From the NCBI GenBank assembly GCA_049517435.1, contig JBEKRZ010000002.1, forward strand, positions 77,659 to 141,658: 64,000 nucleotides of DNA. Direction: 5' to 3'. Below are positions 1-8,679 of the stretch, in pieces. Position 1 is the stretch's first letter, and every line of letters begins with the position of its first letter. A program made the position numbers and the translations under genes. Under the pieces are notes generated by a model. That model was not told the origin of the DNA. It saw nothing but the letters and a program-made list of their open reading frames with translations, and ran no database searches. The stretch is from Smithella sp. Its GTDB lineage: Bacteria; Desulfobacterota; Syntrophia; Syntrophales; Smithellaceae.

Positions 1-360
1 TTCCAGTGAAAGCTGTTTAAAGCCTAAAAGAAGCGCCGCCCGATGCGTATCAAAAATATTTTTGAAATCAAATTTATAATCCCGCTTCATAAGACGGATA
101 TCGTTATCCGCGGCATGAAGAATCTTGACAATTTGCTGATTACCAAAATATTTACCTAAAAAAGAGAAATCAAGATTATTCAAAGGATCAAAAACATAGG
201 TTGTGATGTTAGCATGAATTTGGATGAGACAGAGTTTTTCCTTAAAATAGCGAAATGAATCGTATTCGGTATCGATGCTAAAAACTTTCGCCCGCTTAAA
301 ATCATCGATGGCGCGTTGTAATTTTTTAGGTGTATCTACCAGAAGCCATTTTGTATCCAT
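1..360 (-). CDS. rnd: ribonuclease D, N-terminal part (3'-5' exonuclease domain); the gene runs off the left edge
   Basis: The reverse complement of 360..1 reads MDTKWLLVDTPKKLQRAIDDFKRAKVFSIDTEYDSFRYFKEKLCLIQIHAN...KILHAADNDIRLMKRDY. It contains the DEDD exonuclease motifs (DTE, HAAxxD) in the usual RNase D N-terminal layout. The ORF track misses it because it is truncated. Confidence 0.8.
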   Translation of the reverse strand, partial: MDTKWLLVDTPKKLQRAIDDFKRAKVFSIDTEYDSFRYFKEKLCLIQIHANITTYVFDPLNNLDFSFLGKYFGNQQIVKILHAADNDIRLMKRDYKFDFKNIFDTHRAALLLGFKQLSLE

Positions 361-370
361 GCCGGATAAC

Positions 371-1171
371 TTAACCGAAATGCGAATTTAAAGCTACAAA
401 AATGACGAGAGAAAACACGAGAAAAATAAGGACAAGATAATCGGAAGAAGTAAGTTTCAATTCCACTAAAGATGTGCGCTCTCCCATCTTATAGCTCCTT
501 GCCTCCATAGCCATTGCCAGTTCATCCGCCCGCCGAAAAATACCAGTTAAAACAGTTAAGATTAAAGACAAGAACGCTTTGATTCTGATAATATATCCTG
601 ACTGGCTCAAATTGTAACCTCTGGCTTTTTGGGCAATTTCTACTCTTTCCTTTTCCGTCAGCAAGATAGGCATGAGCCTTAGAGCCAGCATAATCATTAC
701 AGCGATATCATCAACCGGCACACGCAGCAATTTTAATGGCCGTAAAAAATACTTCACTGCCGCGATCATCTGAGAGGGCGTAGTAGTCAGCGTCAGTAAA
801 ATCGCGGCCACAATCAAACACAAAAAACGCCACACTACAAAAAATCCCTGTTGTAATCCTGTATAAGAAATAGAAATTCCGATGTAAGGAATATTGAAAA
901 GAGCTTCCCCTTCATTAAACAGCAAATGAACTAAAAAAATCAGAACGATAAAGAACAGAAGCGGTTTAATGGCCTGCCCAATTGTCCGCAAAGTTATGCC
1001 GTTTGCCAGCGCCGCACAAAATAAGGCAATACCGACAATTACTACTATCAGCGGTTTCAACCAAAGAATAAAAATGCTTAAGCAGATAGTGGCGGCAAGT
1101 TTTATGCGGGGATCAAGATTATAGATGAGCGATTGGCCTTTTATAAAAGAGCCGGCATGATACATAATCAA
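371..1171 (-). CDS. ecfT: ECF transporter transmembrane (T) component, CbiQ/EcfT/BioN family
   Basis: The 266-aa product is polytopic and shows the conserved ARG/ARS motifs of T components (AQKARGY, MEARSY). Its start overlaps the stop of the upstream ATPase gene by 4 nt. Confidence 0.85.
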   Translation of the reverse strand: MIMYHAGSFIKGQSLIYNLDPRIKLAATICLSIFILWLKPLIVVIVGIALFCAALANGITLRTIGQAIKPLLFFIVLIFLVHLLFNEGEALFNIPYIGISISYTGLQQGFFVVWRFLCLIVAAILLTLTTTPSQMIAAVKYFLRPLKLLRVPVDDIAVMIMLALRLMPILLTEKERVEIAQKARGYNLSQSGYIIRIKAFLSLILTVLTGIFRRADELAMAMEARSYKMGERTSLVELKLTSSDYLVLIFLVFSLVIFVALNSHFG

Positions 1172-2088
1172 TCCTTATTTTTACGGATTAAGGAACGGAT
1201 TTCTTCTAAAGCGTCTGCCATGCTGACAATGTCGGTGCGCGCCGGGAAGCCTGATTCTTTTAGTTTAATTAACAGCTCGGTAATCTGAGGAAGCTGCATT
1301 CCTATTTTTTGCAGCAGCCCGATCTTCCCGAAAATTTCTTGCGGAGTACCGTCCAGGTAAATGCGGCCTTCACTCATAACTACAATTCTCTGCGTGAGAG
1401 ATGCTTCCGCCATGTTATGCGTAATATGAATTATCCCCACACCCTCAGAATGGAGTTTATCAACAATATCTAAAACGCGCTTAGCAGCTGCGGGATCAAG
1501 AAACGCAGTCGGTTCATCGAGCGCTATATAGCGCGGCTGCATGGCTAAGACACCGGCGATCGCCACCAGTCTTTTTTCACCGCCGGAGAGGTTTTCGATA
1601 TTGCGGCAGGCGAGCCCGGAAATGCCTACTCTAGCCAAAGCTCCGGCAACTCGCTTTTTAATTTCCACCGTCGGCAGACGTAAGTTTTCCGGACCGAAGG
1701 CGACATCTTCCTCCACCGTCATACCGACTATTTGATTATCGGGATTTTGAAAAACCATCCCCACCAGCGATCTGATGTCCGCTTGATGTCCTGCATCTTT
1801 CGTATCGAAGCCGCCTATCGTAACTTTGCCGCTTGTGGGCAAAAGCAAAGAATTCAAATGCCGGATAAGCGTGGTTTTGCCGCAGCCGTTTGGGCCGATC
1901 AAGGCAAGGTGTTCACTTTCTCTTATTTGCAGAGAAACACCCCGCAGGGCATCAATTCCTTCCGGCTCATATTTGTAATAGACATTTTCTAATGTAATCA
2001 ATTGATGAATCCTAACCCCAATAAACGGGATAAGCTCCGCCCATGCGGGATAAGTGCGTTTAAAAATTTGCTTTCTACTGGAAAGCAA
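1168..2088 (-). CDS. ecfA: ECF transporter ATPase (EcfA/CbiO/BioM family)
   Basis: Motifs present are Walker A GPNGCGKTT, signature LSGGEKRL, Walker B IALDEPTAFLD and the H-loop HITH. The first ~29 codons of the ORF run through an intergenic repeat (2017-2100). The real start is therefore probably the in-frame TTG at 2001, giving (M)ITLENVYYKY. Confidence 0.85.
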   Translation of the reverse strand: MLSSRKQIFKRTYPAWAELIPFIGVRIHQLITLENVYYKYEPEGIDALRGVSLQIRESEHLALIGPNGCGKTTLIRHLNSLLLPTSGKVTIGGFDTKDAGHQADIRSLVGMVFQNPDNQIVGMTVEEDVAFGPENLRLPTVEIKKRVAGALARVGISGLACRNIENLSGGEKRLVAIAGVLAMQPRYIALDEPTAFLDPAAAKRVLDIVDKLHSEGVGIIHITHNMAEASLTQRIVVMSEGRIYLDGTPQEIFGKIGLLQKIGMQLPQITELLIKLKESGFPARTDIVSMADALEEIRSLIRKNKD

Positions 2089-2157
2089 ATTCTAACTTAC
2101 GAATGCGTTAACGAAATTATTTTTTGCTAAAAAAACGCAGAAAATAATTTCTAACTT
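2017..2157. repeat. composite intergenic hairpin repeat, copy A (two tandem hairpin units plus a CCGC-N4-GCGG hairpin)
   Basis: 2017-2100 is about 90% identical to 10251-10335: ...aaacgggataagcYccgcccatgcgggataagtgcgtt...aatttgctttctacYRgaaagcaaattctaacttac. It holds an 11-bp stem at 2065-2075/2081-2091. A second related unit at 2101-2157 has the stem gaaattatttt/aaaataatttc. The repeat sits directly after the bioY stop codon. Confidence 0.75.
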
Positions 2158-2158
2158 G

Positions 2159-2695
2159 CTAAACTTTTACGCGACCCTTGAGCTGCGAACTGATAATGGC
2201 GGCAAGCAATATTTTTATTATATCGCCCGGAATAAACGGCACAACACCGACAGCTAGCGCCTTGTGAAAGCTCATCTTTGCCACTAAAGAAAGCTGAAGG
2301 CTTCCCAGAAAATAGATTATCAGCATTCCGATCAGCATGGAAAAGATATGCCAGAAAACGCCCGCGCTTTTCCTCATTCGATTAACCATCCCGATGACAA
2401 AAGCCGCGATGATAAAGCCCAGCAAATAACCGCCGGTAGGGCCTAAGATAACGCCCAGCCCTGCTTTGCCTCCGGCAAAAACCGGGATGCCCACAACTCC
2501 CAGCATGACATAAATTAATTGGCTCACAGCTCCCAGTTGGCCGCCCAGAAGCACAGCCGCAATATTTAAGAAAAATGTTTGCGCGGTGATCGGCACTGGC
2601 GGCAGAGGAATAACAATAAAAGCTCCCGCCGCGGTGAGCGCTCCGAAAAGCGCCGCGTAAACCAAACCTTTAATCGATGTTTTGTCAGCAGCCAT
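2159..2695 (-). CDS. bioY: biotin transporter S component BioY
   Basis: The 178-aa membrane protein carries the BioY family signature IPLPPVPITAQTFFLNIAAVLLG...GIPVFAGGKAGLGVILGPTGGYLLGF. Confidence 0.9.
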   Translation of the reverse strand: MAADKTSIKGLVYAALFGALTAAGAFIVIPLPPVPITAQTFFLNIAAVLLGGQLGAVSQLIYVMLGVVGIPVFAGGKAGLGVILGPTGGYLLGFIIAAFVIGMVNRMRKSAGVFWHIFSMLIGMLIIYFLGSLQLSLVAKMSFHKALAVGVVPFIPGDIIKILLAAIISSQLKGRVKV

Positions 2696-2728
2696 AAATT
2701 GAATTCCTATAATAATTATATATAATTT

Positions 2729-4783
2729 TTAAAATGTAAATGAAAGCCCTGTCTTAAATGTAATCCCGGGCATGGGATAATAAGTATTGGCACTCCAAGG
2801 AGCCCCATCCACGCCAAAAGAAGAATATTTCACGTTGGCCAGATTCTCCGCACCAAAGAAAGCTGTCACTTTAACTCTTTCAATAGGTGGCTTATAAGAA
2901 AGATAAATGTTGAGGAGAGTGTAGCTATCTAATTTTTCAGCAGTGTTATTGTAATCCTGAGATAAAAAGCAATCCCCCACATAGCGCATTTCAGGACGTA
3001 ACATCAGATTATAAGGAAGATAAATCTCCAAGCCTAGGGTTGCCATCCGGTTTGGTACGAGCCACAACTCCTTTTTATTATAAAGTCCATCCTCATAAGT
3101 GGCTTTATGATAGGTGAAGTTACCATACAGCAGAGCATATTTTTCCCACGAATAAGAAAGAGAAACTTCCACACCGTCATGGCGCGTACTTCCGGTATTT
3201 TGATTGTAACCCGTCGGGAAAATTCCCACATACTGGATTTCATCCTCCATATCAGTTCTAAACAGGGTCAGTCCTATCTTTAGATTATTCAGTGGATAGA
3301 ATTCAGTTCCTACCTCGGTACTGATACCTTTTTCTTTGTCCAGATTCGTTAAAAATCCTCCACCGGCACCATTGAAAGAGGCTACTTCATCGATAAAAGG
3401 AATGCGATAAACGGTCGCGTACTTAGCAAATACTTTTGATTTCTTCCCCCAAAGCCAGGTCAAACCTGCTTCATAAGCTTCGGCGTTGTAAGTATTTTTC
3501 ATATCCGTAAAATTGTTGCCAGGAGTATAGAAATCTACATTGGAACCTTTAATAGATGTCTGTTCAAACCGGTAACCGCCGCTCAAAATTAGATTTTTCA
3601 AAAGACTGAATTCATCGCGGATATAGCATCCCATACTCTCCCGCGTAAAATCCGCCGTGCTCGATTTTGCCGTTCTCTCCCGATCGCTGTAAAAATCCTT
3701 TTTGTAAGGTTCGTTATAATAATCAAAACCCATTATCACTTTGTTATCAAATCCGAATATTTCTTTGACCAGAATATATTTCGGTGTAATGCCGTACGTG
3801 TCGGCGTTTATGTCGGAATAGAGATACCATGACGCCATATTCATTTGCAGATCTTTTTTACCATATAGAAAATTGATTTCCAGTTGTCCCCATGATCCCC
3901 AGAAAGATTTAATGCCTAAATTGACGTTGGTATATTTATCCGAACCGTCATCGTCGGAATGGGCAGGAGACCAGGGACCGGCTGATGGCTGATACTGCCG
4001 TGGATCTTGATCAATCTGTTCCTTCGTCAGGGCGCCGGGCATTTGATAGTCCGTTTTATTAAACGAGACACCCAGCGAAACGTTCAGCAAGTCGCTGGCG
4101 GAATATCCCAAATCAAAGCCGCCGCCCTGCGCGGAATATTTCGAACGCTCCCGATAACCGAAGTTAAAATTATTTTCTCCGTTCACTGCGTATGTCCATT
4201 TACCTATAGCGCCTGTTACGACAGCCCGTTCATCGTTGAGGCCATAACTCCCCGCAAGAACAGATACGTTAAATTTTGGTTCACCCTTACCTTTCTTGGT
4301 GATGATGTTAATAACACCGCCGATGGCCGCGTCGCCGTAAAGGACACTGCTCGGTCCCCGGACAATCTCGATTCTTTCTATAGTATCGACCGGTATTTCC
4401 AGCCAATTTATTGAAGACATATCCGTCCGGTTTAAACGGCGGCCATCCAGCATAACCAGGGTTTTTCCGTAGGGATTATCACCGCCGCTGCCGCGCATAT
4501 CGATATATGCCTGCGAGGAATTACCGCTGGAAGTGCGAAATTGTATACTTTCAAGTTTATCCAACACTTCAACGACAGTTGTTGCTCCTGACTTTTCGAT
4601 TTCTTCGGCTGTGATGACACTAACGTTCGCCGGAGTCTTGCGGGTTTCCTGGGTGTCACGTGTTGCGGTAACAACAACTTCTCCCATCGTGACAATTGCG
4701 TCGCTATCTTTTTTATCTTGAGCTTGTACCGGTGAAAAAATAACTACGGAAAACAACAGAACTAAAAATAAGACTTTCTTCAT
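2729..4783 (-). CDS. btuB: TonB-dependent outer-membrane receptor, BtuB-like by context
   Basis: It has the signal peptide MKKVLFLVLLFSVVIFSPVQAQ, a TonB box-like IVTMGEVVVTAT, a plug domain (VEVLDKL...IEIVRGPSSVLYGDAAIGGVINIITK) and a C-terminal ...GLSFTF. The start was chosen at the ATG at 4783, which is preceded by AAAGGAGAAG. A cobalamin riboswitch lies directly upstream. Confidence 0.8.
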   Translation of the reverse strand: MKKVLFLVLLFSVVIFSPVQAQDKKDSDAIVTMGEVVVTATRDTQETRKTPANVSVITAEEIEKSGATTVVEVLDKLESIQFRTSSGNSSQAYIDMRGSGGDNPYGKTLVMLDGRRLNRTDMSSINWLEIPVDTIERIEIVRGPSSVLYGDAAIGGVINIITKKGKGEPKFNVSVLAGSYGLNDERAVVTGAIGKWTYAVNGENNFNFGYRERSKYSAQGGGFDLGYSASDLLNVSLGVSFNKTDYQMPGALTKEQIDQDPRQYQPSAGPWSPAHSDDDGSDKYTNVNLGIKSFWGSWGQLEINFLYGKKDLQMNMASWYLYSDINADTYGITPKYILVKEIFGFDNKVIMGFDYYNEPYKKDFYSDRERTAKSSTADFTRESMGCYIRDEFSLLKNLILSGGYRFEQTSIKGSNVDFYTPGNNFTDMKNTYNAEAYEAGLTWLWGKKSKVFAKYATVYRIPFIDEVASFNGAGGGFLTNLDKEKGISTEVGTEFYPLNNLKIGLTLFRTDMEDEIQYVGIFPTGYNQNTGSTRHDGVEVSLSYSWEKYALLYGNFTYHKATYEDGLYNKKELWLVPNRMATLGLEIYLPYNLMLRPEMRYVGDCFLSQDYNNTAEKLDSYTLLNIYLSYKPPIERVKVTAFFGAENLANVKYSSFGVDGAPWSANTYYPMPGITFKTGLSFTF

Positions 4784-4841
4784 GGAGCTTCTCCTTTCCC
4801 CCTCGGGATTAAAGTAAGTTAGACTCACCATAAAGTTTCCT

Positions 4842-4972
4842 GGCTTGCGGCGGCCTACTTTCCACTCCTTCCCAATGCCGGAGCATCAGTGGTTTGATGT
4901 GGATTTCGTTCCGCTTACAGTTGCGGGGCAGCGCCGGACTTTGACCGGCTTCCTTTATTGGCAGTCATCTAC
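4842..4972 (-). promoter_or_regulatory. cobalamin (B12) riboswitch
   Basis: The minus strand reads ...CAATAAAGGAAGCCGGTCAAAGTCCGGCGCTGCCCCGCAACTGTAAGCGG...AAACCACTGATGCTCCGGCATTGGGAAGGAGTGG.... This matches the conserved core (AAnAGGGAA-CCGGTnAAAnTCCGG-GCTGCCCCGCAACTGTAAG) and the CCACTG...GGGAAGG elements. It lies in the 5' leader of the TonB-dependent receptor gene. Confidence 0.85.
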
Positions 4973-5092
4973 TATTTCTCTTTCTTCGGCTAACTTTGTT
5001 GGCGTCGTTGTCGGCTTCCTCAACGTATGTGTACAATACGCCTCGTCGCCTCCTTCTTGCCGCCTCGTTATACTTTGAAAGCGAAATGGTAT
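4969..5092 (-). repeat. ~120-nt intergenic element with terminal inverted repeats, copy 1 (MITE-like)
   Basis: The minus-strand sequence ataccatttcgctttcaaagtataacgaggcggcaagaaggaggcgacgaggcgtat...acgttgaggaagccgacaacgacgccaacaaagttagccgaagaaagagaaatagtag aligns at about 80% with 8680-8800 on the plus strand. Its ends are inverted repeats (ataccatttcgctttc / gaaagMgaaatRgta). Confidence 0.7.
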
Positions 5093-5095
5093 TAT

Positions 5096-5872
5096 CTAGG
5101 TCAGTAACGTCATTCTGGGCAATCCACTTTGCGGATTTTGATCTATCAGAGAATCGACGTCGTAAACCTCTTTTATGTTCGCCACGGTAATAACTTCCGT
5201 GGGTTTCCCTATAGCATAAATTTTTCCGGAGTAAAGTAAAATTATCCGGTTGGCATGTTGCGCGGCCAGATTGATATCGTGCGTAACAAAAATTACCGTG
5301 AGTTGTTGCGCTGTTTTTAATTGCCGCAATAAAGTTAGAAACTGCACTTGATGTTTCAGGTCTAAAAAAACGGTGCTTTCATCCAGCAGCAATACTTTCG
5401 GCTCTTGAGCCAGGGCGCGGGCAATCAAGACACGTTGGCGTTCCCCGGCGCTGAGCTCGTCAAAACGCCGCGCGGCAAAAGAAAGTGTATCCGTTTTTTC
5501 CATAGCTTCACGGACTATCCGGTAATCTTTTTTATCCTCAAAACGGTAATTATTTAAATGCGGAAATCGTCCCATAAGCACAATTTCCTCCGCGTAAAAA
5601 GGAAAAATGACGGCGGTTTCCTGAGGCACGATGGCTACTTTTTGAGCAATATCCTTTCTCGACCATCGGCTCGTTTCTTTGCCGGCAATAAGCAGTTGCC
5701 CTTCATCGGGGAAAAGCGTGCCGTTAATAATTTTCAAAAGAGTTGTTTTGCCGGAGCCGTTCGGCCCTATAATTGCCACAATCTGCGCCTCATCGATAGC
5801 AAAAGAAACATCTTCCATCACCGGTTTTGCGGCGTAACTGAAATTTATATTTTCGGCGCTGATTATGGACAT
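5096..5872 (-). CDS. ABC transporter ATP-binding protein, iron-siderophore/cobalamin type (FepC/BtuD family)
   Basis: Motifs present are Walker A GPNGSGKTT, signature LSAGERQRV and Walker B LLLDESTVFLD. The start was set at the ATG at 5872 (MSIISAENINF), 2 nt after the permease stop codon. Confidence 0.85.
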   Translation of the reverse strand: MSIISAENINFSYAAKPVMEDVSFAIDEAQIVAIIGPNGSGKTTLLKIINGTLFPDEGQLLIAGKETSRWSRKDIAQKVAIVPQETAVIFPFYAEEIVLMGRFPHLNNYRFEDKKDYRIVREAMEKTDTLSFAARRFDELSAGERQRVLIARALAQEPKVLLLDESTVFLDLKHQVQFLTLLRQLKTAQQLTVIFVTHDINLAAQHANRIILLYSGKIYAIGKPTEVITVANIKEVYDVDSLIDQNPQSGLPRMTLLT

Positions 5873-5874
5873 GG

Positions 5875-6924
5875 TTAACGGGCCTTCCTTTTTAAAAGAA
5901 AGATGAAATACGGGGCACCGCAAAGCGCCGTGATAACTCCAACCGGCAATTCAGCCGGCGCGAAAACAACTCTGGCGATAGTATCAGCAACAATTAAAAA
6001 TGACGCGCCGAACAAAGCAGAAACAGGCAACAGCAAACGGTGATCGGAACCAAAAATAAGGCGCATAAAGTGCGGCACCATAATTCCGACAAAGCCGATG
6101 ATGCCGGCCAAAGATACCGCCACGGCTGTAATCAGCGAGGTTACAATCAGAAGCCATTGTTTTGTTCTCTCTACATTGACACCTAATTGCAGAGCTGTAT
6201 CTTCACCCTGCACGATCAAGTTCAGTTTTCGCGCCTGTGCGTAAAGCAACACAAAACCGGCGATAAGACAAAAAGCGGCCACGCAAATTTCTTTGATTGA
6301 TGCCCGCGAGAGGTCACCCATCAGCCAAAACGTGATGCTGTGCAACTCCATGCTATTGACAATAGATAAGAAAAAGAGAATCGCTGCGGAAAAAAAGGCA
6401 TTCACGACAACGCCGGAAAGTAGGAGCGAATTATCCAGGAGAGGCCCTCTGGTTCCTCCTGCAACAACAAATACCAGAAAAACTGTGGCCAGTGCTCCCC
6501 CAAAAGCCAGCAGCGGCACACCTAAATAAAAAGAACTTGCGCCGAGGAGGATGCCTATAATTGCGCCCAATGCCGAGCCGCCCGATATGCCCAGTACGTA
6601 AGGATCAGCCAACGGATTGCGCAGAATCGCTTGAAAAATAACTCCTCCCAAAGAAAGCGCGGCGCCGACAATTCCCGCAAAAATAATACGTGGCAGGCGC
6701 ACGGAAAATAAAATTAATTCTTCCTGGGAAGTTATGGAGAAATCTCCCGTAAGGGATTTTGCCAGATAGCGCAATACATGACTAAAATCGATATGGACAC
6801 TACCGGTCAAAAGGGAACCGGCGCTAATGACCAAAAAGATTAAAATCATAAGGGCGCTTATTTGCAGCACTCGCGATAAGGTAACACGACGGTAAATGGG
6901 CGTCTTCCTCCTAGTGAGTCCCAA
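5875..6924 (-). CDS. FecCD-family ABC permease (BtuC/FepD-like)
   Basis: The 349-aa polytopic protein has typical FecCD features (RLPRIIFAGIVGAALSLGGVIFQAILRNPLADPYVLGISGG...). The exact start is uncertain; the ORF opens with a TTG. Confidence 0.85.
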   Translation of the reverse strand: MGLTRRKTPIYRRVTLSRVLQISALMILIFLVISAGSLLTGSVHIDFSHVLRYLAKSLTGDFSITSQEELILFSVRLPRIIFAGIVGAALSLGGVIFQAILRNPLADPYVLGISGGSALGAIIGILLGASSFYLGVPLLAFGGALATVFLVFVVAGGTRGPLLDNSLLLSGVVVNAFFSAAILFFLSIVNSMELHSITFWLMGDLSRASIKEICVAAFCLIAGFVLLYAQARKLNLIVQGEDTALQLGVNVERTKQWLLIVTSLITAVAVSLAGIIGFVGIMVPHFMRLIFGSDHRLLLPVSALFGASFLIVADTIARVVFAPAELPVGVITALCGAPYFIFLLKRKAR

Positions 6925-7102
6925 ATTTCAGAAGCGTAGCGCACTGAAATTTGTTGGACGAACTATCCAATAGCCAAAGGCTATTGGAAATTATCCCAGC
7001 CGTTGTGGCGGGTGAGATATCTAGCAAAGCCGGGTTTATACCCATTAGGAACTTATATATTCTCTTTGATGTGTTTTCCACTACAAAAAGCGCCGGACTT
7101 GG

Positions 7103-7912
7103 CTATGGCTTATCAATCCTGACAAAATCGGTTATCTCTTTAAACAAAGAAGCATCCGTGTGTAACGGCCAATCGTTATGTCCAGCGCCTTTGATTATCC
7201 ACATGCGCTTTCTGCCTTCGGGAAGAGCGCTATACAAATTGACCGCGTGTTTAATCGGTAAAATTTCATCACGTTCCGCTCCGACGACGGATATTTTCTT
7301 TTGAAACGATTTAAGATTTTCGATGCTGTCATACTTGTCGGTCAAAACCAGTTTCACGGGAAGAAAAGGAAAAATCGACTTGGCGACGGAAGCCAGCGTA
7401 TCCCACGGCGTAATTAATATTACACCGGCGATAGGAGCCGAAGTTTGTTTGGCAACGGCAGCGGCAACGCCGCAGCCTAGCGACTCTCCCACAAGATAAA
7501 GCGGATCTTTATATTGCTCATAGGCAATGCGTACCGTTTCCAGACCGGCGGCGACAAATGGCTTTTCGCCGACTTTGCCCGAGCGGCCTCCATATTTAGG
7601 ATATTCGGCTAAGATTACCCGGAAACCCAGTTCCATAAAAGGCTTTAAATAAAATCCTCTGTCGAGTGCCGTGCCCCCGTTGCCGTGAAAAAGAACAATA
7701 GTTCCATTAGGCGCGGACGCATCACTCGCGGCGATCAAACCCTGATAATCAGCAGCCGTCGCTTGCCAGAGTTTCATGTTTTCATACTCAAGCATTCGTG
7801 CGGAAGGCCACTCCGCGCTGGGAAAATAAAGAAATCTATTTTGCATATTACAGCCTCCTAAAAATATTGCCGTGATAAGAAACAATAGAATGATTTTTAA
7901 TGTCTGTTTCAT
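7103..7912 (-). CDS. alpha/beta-fold hydrolase, probable lipoprotein
   Basis: It has a lipobox FLGGC after the signal sequence, a nucleophile elbow GESLGCG, and late Asp/His residues (GAERDE, GAGHND). Confidence 0.7.
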   Translation of the reverse strand: MKQTLKIILLFLITAIFLGGCNMQNRFLYFPSAEWPSARMLEYENMKLWQATAADYQGLIAASDASAPNGTIVLFHGNGGTALDRGFYLKPFMELGFRVILAEYPKYGGRSGKVGEKPFVAAGLETVRIAYEQYKDPLYLVGESLGCGVAAAVAKQTSAPIAGVILITPWDTLASVAKSIFPFLPVKLVLTDKYDSIENLKSFQKKISVVGAERDEILPIKHAVNLYSALPEGRKRMWIIKGAGHNDWPLHTDASLFKEITDFVRIDKP

Positions 7913-8067
7913 TTATATTGGAATTCATTTAGCTTCAAATTTATTTTGGATATTAGATTATTGTACCTGTCCCATTGATTTCTAACGCCCCGGTTCAGCG
8001 GCGCGGTGCGCTGTTTTGCTATGTCCGATGCAGATAATCTTTCGGCTCTTTCCTTATCATTTTCTCC

Positions 8068-8556
8068 TCATGGCTTTACGATGATTCGGCCAATTCCCAG
8101 CAAGCCGATCTTGTCGTATCGCTCTTCAGCGTTCTGTTGTTTTCCAGAGACCGTATCCAAATCCTTGAACATTTTACGCAATGCAACCTCAAGGTCGTCA
8201 ATGAAGTTCTCTAAATTGATAACTATCTTACTGTCGACTTTCTGCCCATGTAATGCGGGTTTTGCATCGACAAAAATGTATGAACCCCCTTCGGAATAGT
8301 TATGAACCACTTTGCATCGCAAGTCTTTGTATAGTTTTTCAGGGTCGTACAGACTTGGAAGATAATCCTTCACGATCTGCTTGTAATCCTTACCTGTGGT
8401 CTCTCGTCCTGCGATGAAACCTGCCATATAGTCAATGAAACAACTGGCAAGAATGAATGCACCCATCTTCGACTGACCAGCGGAGGCGCGCTTTATATCG
8501 AGAAACGCCATGTCATATAGAGCGAATTTAATGTGGTTAAGCTTTGTCTCAATCAT
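8068..8556 (-). CDS. hypothetical protein, 162 aa, with a possible HEPN-like Rx4H motif
   Basis: The ORF is clean and has no overlapping alternative. It contains LYKDLRCKVVHNYS (R-x4-H) after a helical N-terminal half. I do not recognise a family. It is flanked by an attC-like remnant (7980-8024) and the TIR element (8680-8800). Confidence 0.5.
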   Translation of the reverse strand: MIETKLNHIKFALYDMAFLDIKRASAGQSKMGAFILASCFIDYMAGFIAGRETTGKDYKQIVKDYLPSLYDPEKLYKDLRCKVVHNYSEGGSYIFVDAKPALHGQKVDSKIVINLENFIDDLEVALRKMFKDLDTVSGKQQNAEERYDKIGLLGIGRIIVKP

Positions 8557-8679
8557 TATTGTATCTCAGCCAATCAATTAATACACGAGGTTCTTTTTTT
8601 CTTTTATTTAAACAAAAGCGTAACACATCTAATTTTTTTGTAAAGTTTGTTTTAAATATTATGAGCTATTGTCTATATC

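Noticed and set aside
4969-5092. Whether the 120-nt TIR elements (also 8680-8800) are long attC sites, since they contain GGATAAC...GTTAACC-like boxes and AACAAAGTTA.
   Set aside because: Both interior arms are purine-rich on the same strand and cannot pair. Only the outer ~25 nt are complementary, so the R/L-box hairpin architecture of attC is absent.
6925-7102. Possible second cobalamin riboswitch upstream of the FecCD permease / ABC ATPase pair. The minus strand has AATGGGTATAAACCCGG and CTCACCCGCCACAACGG.
   Set aside because: The resemblance is weak. The GGTGAAAATCC-type loop, the GCTGCCCCGCAACTGTAAG core and the CCACTG...GGGAAGG elements are all missing. I see only two 9-bp hairpins (CCAATAGCC/GGCTATTGG and AAATTTCAG/CTGAAATTT), which may be terminators of the upstream hydrolase gene.
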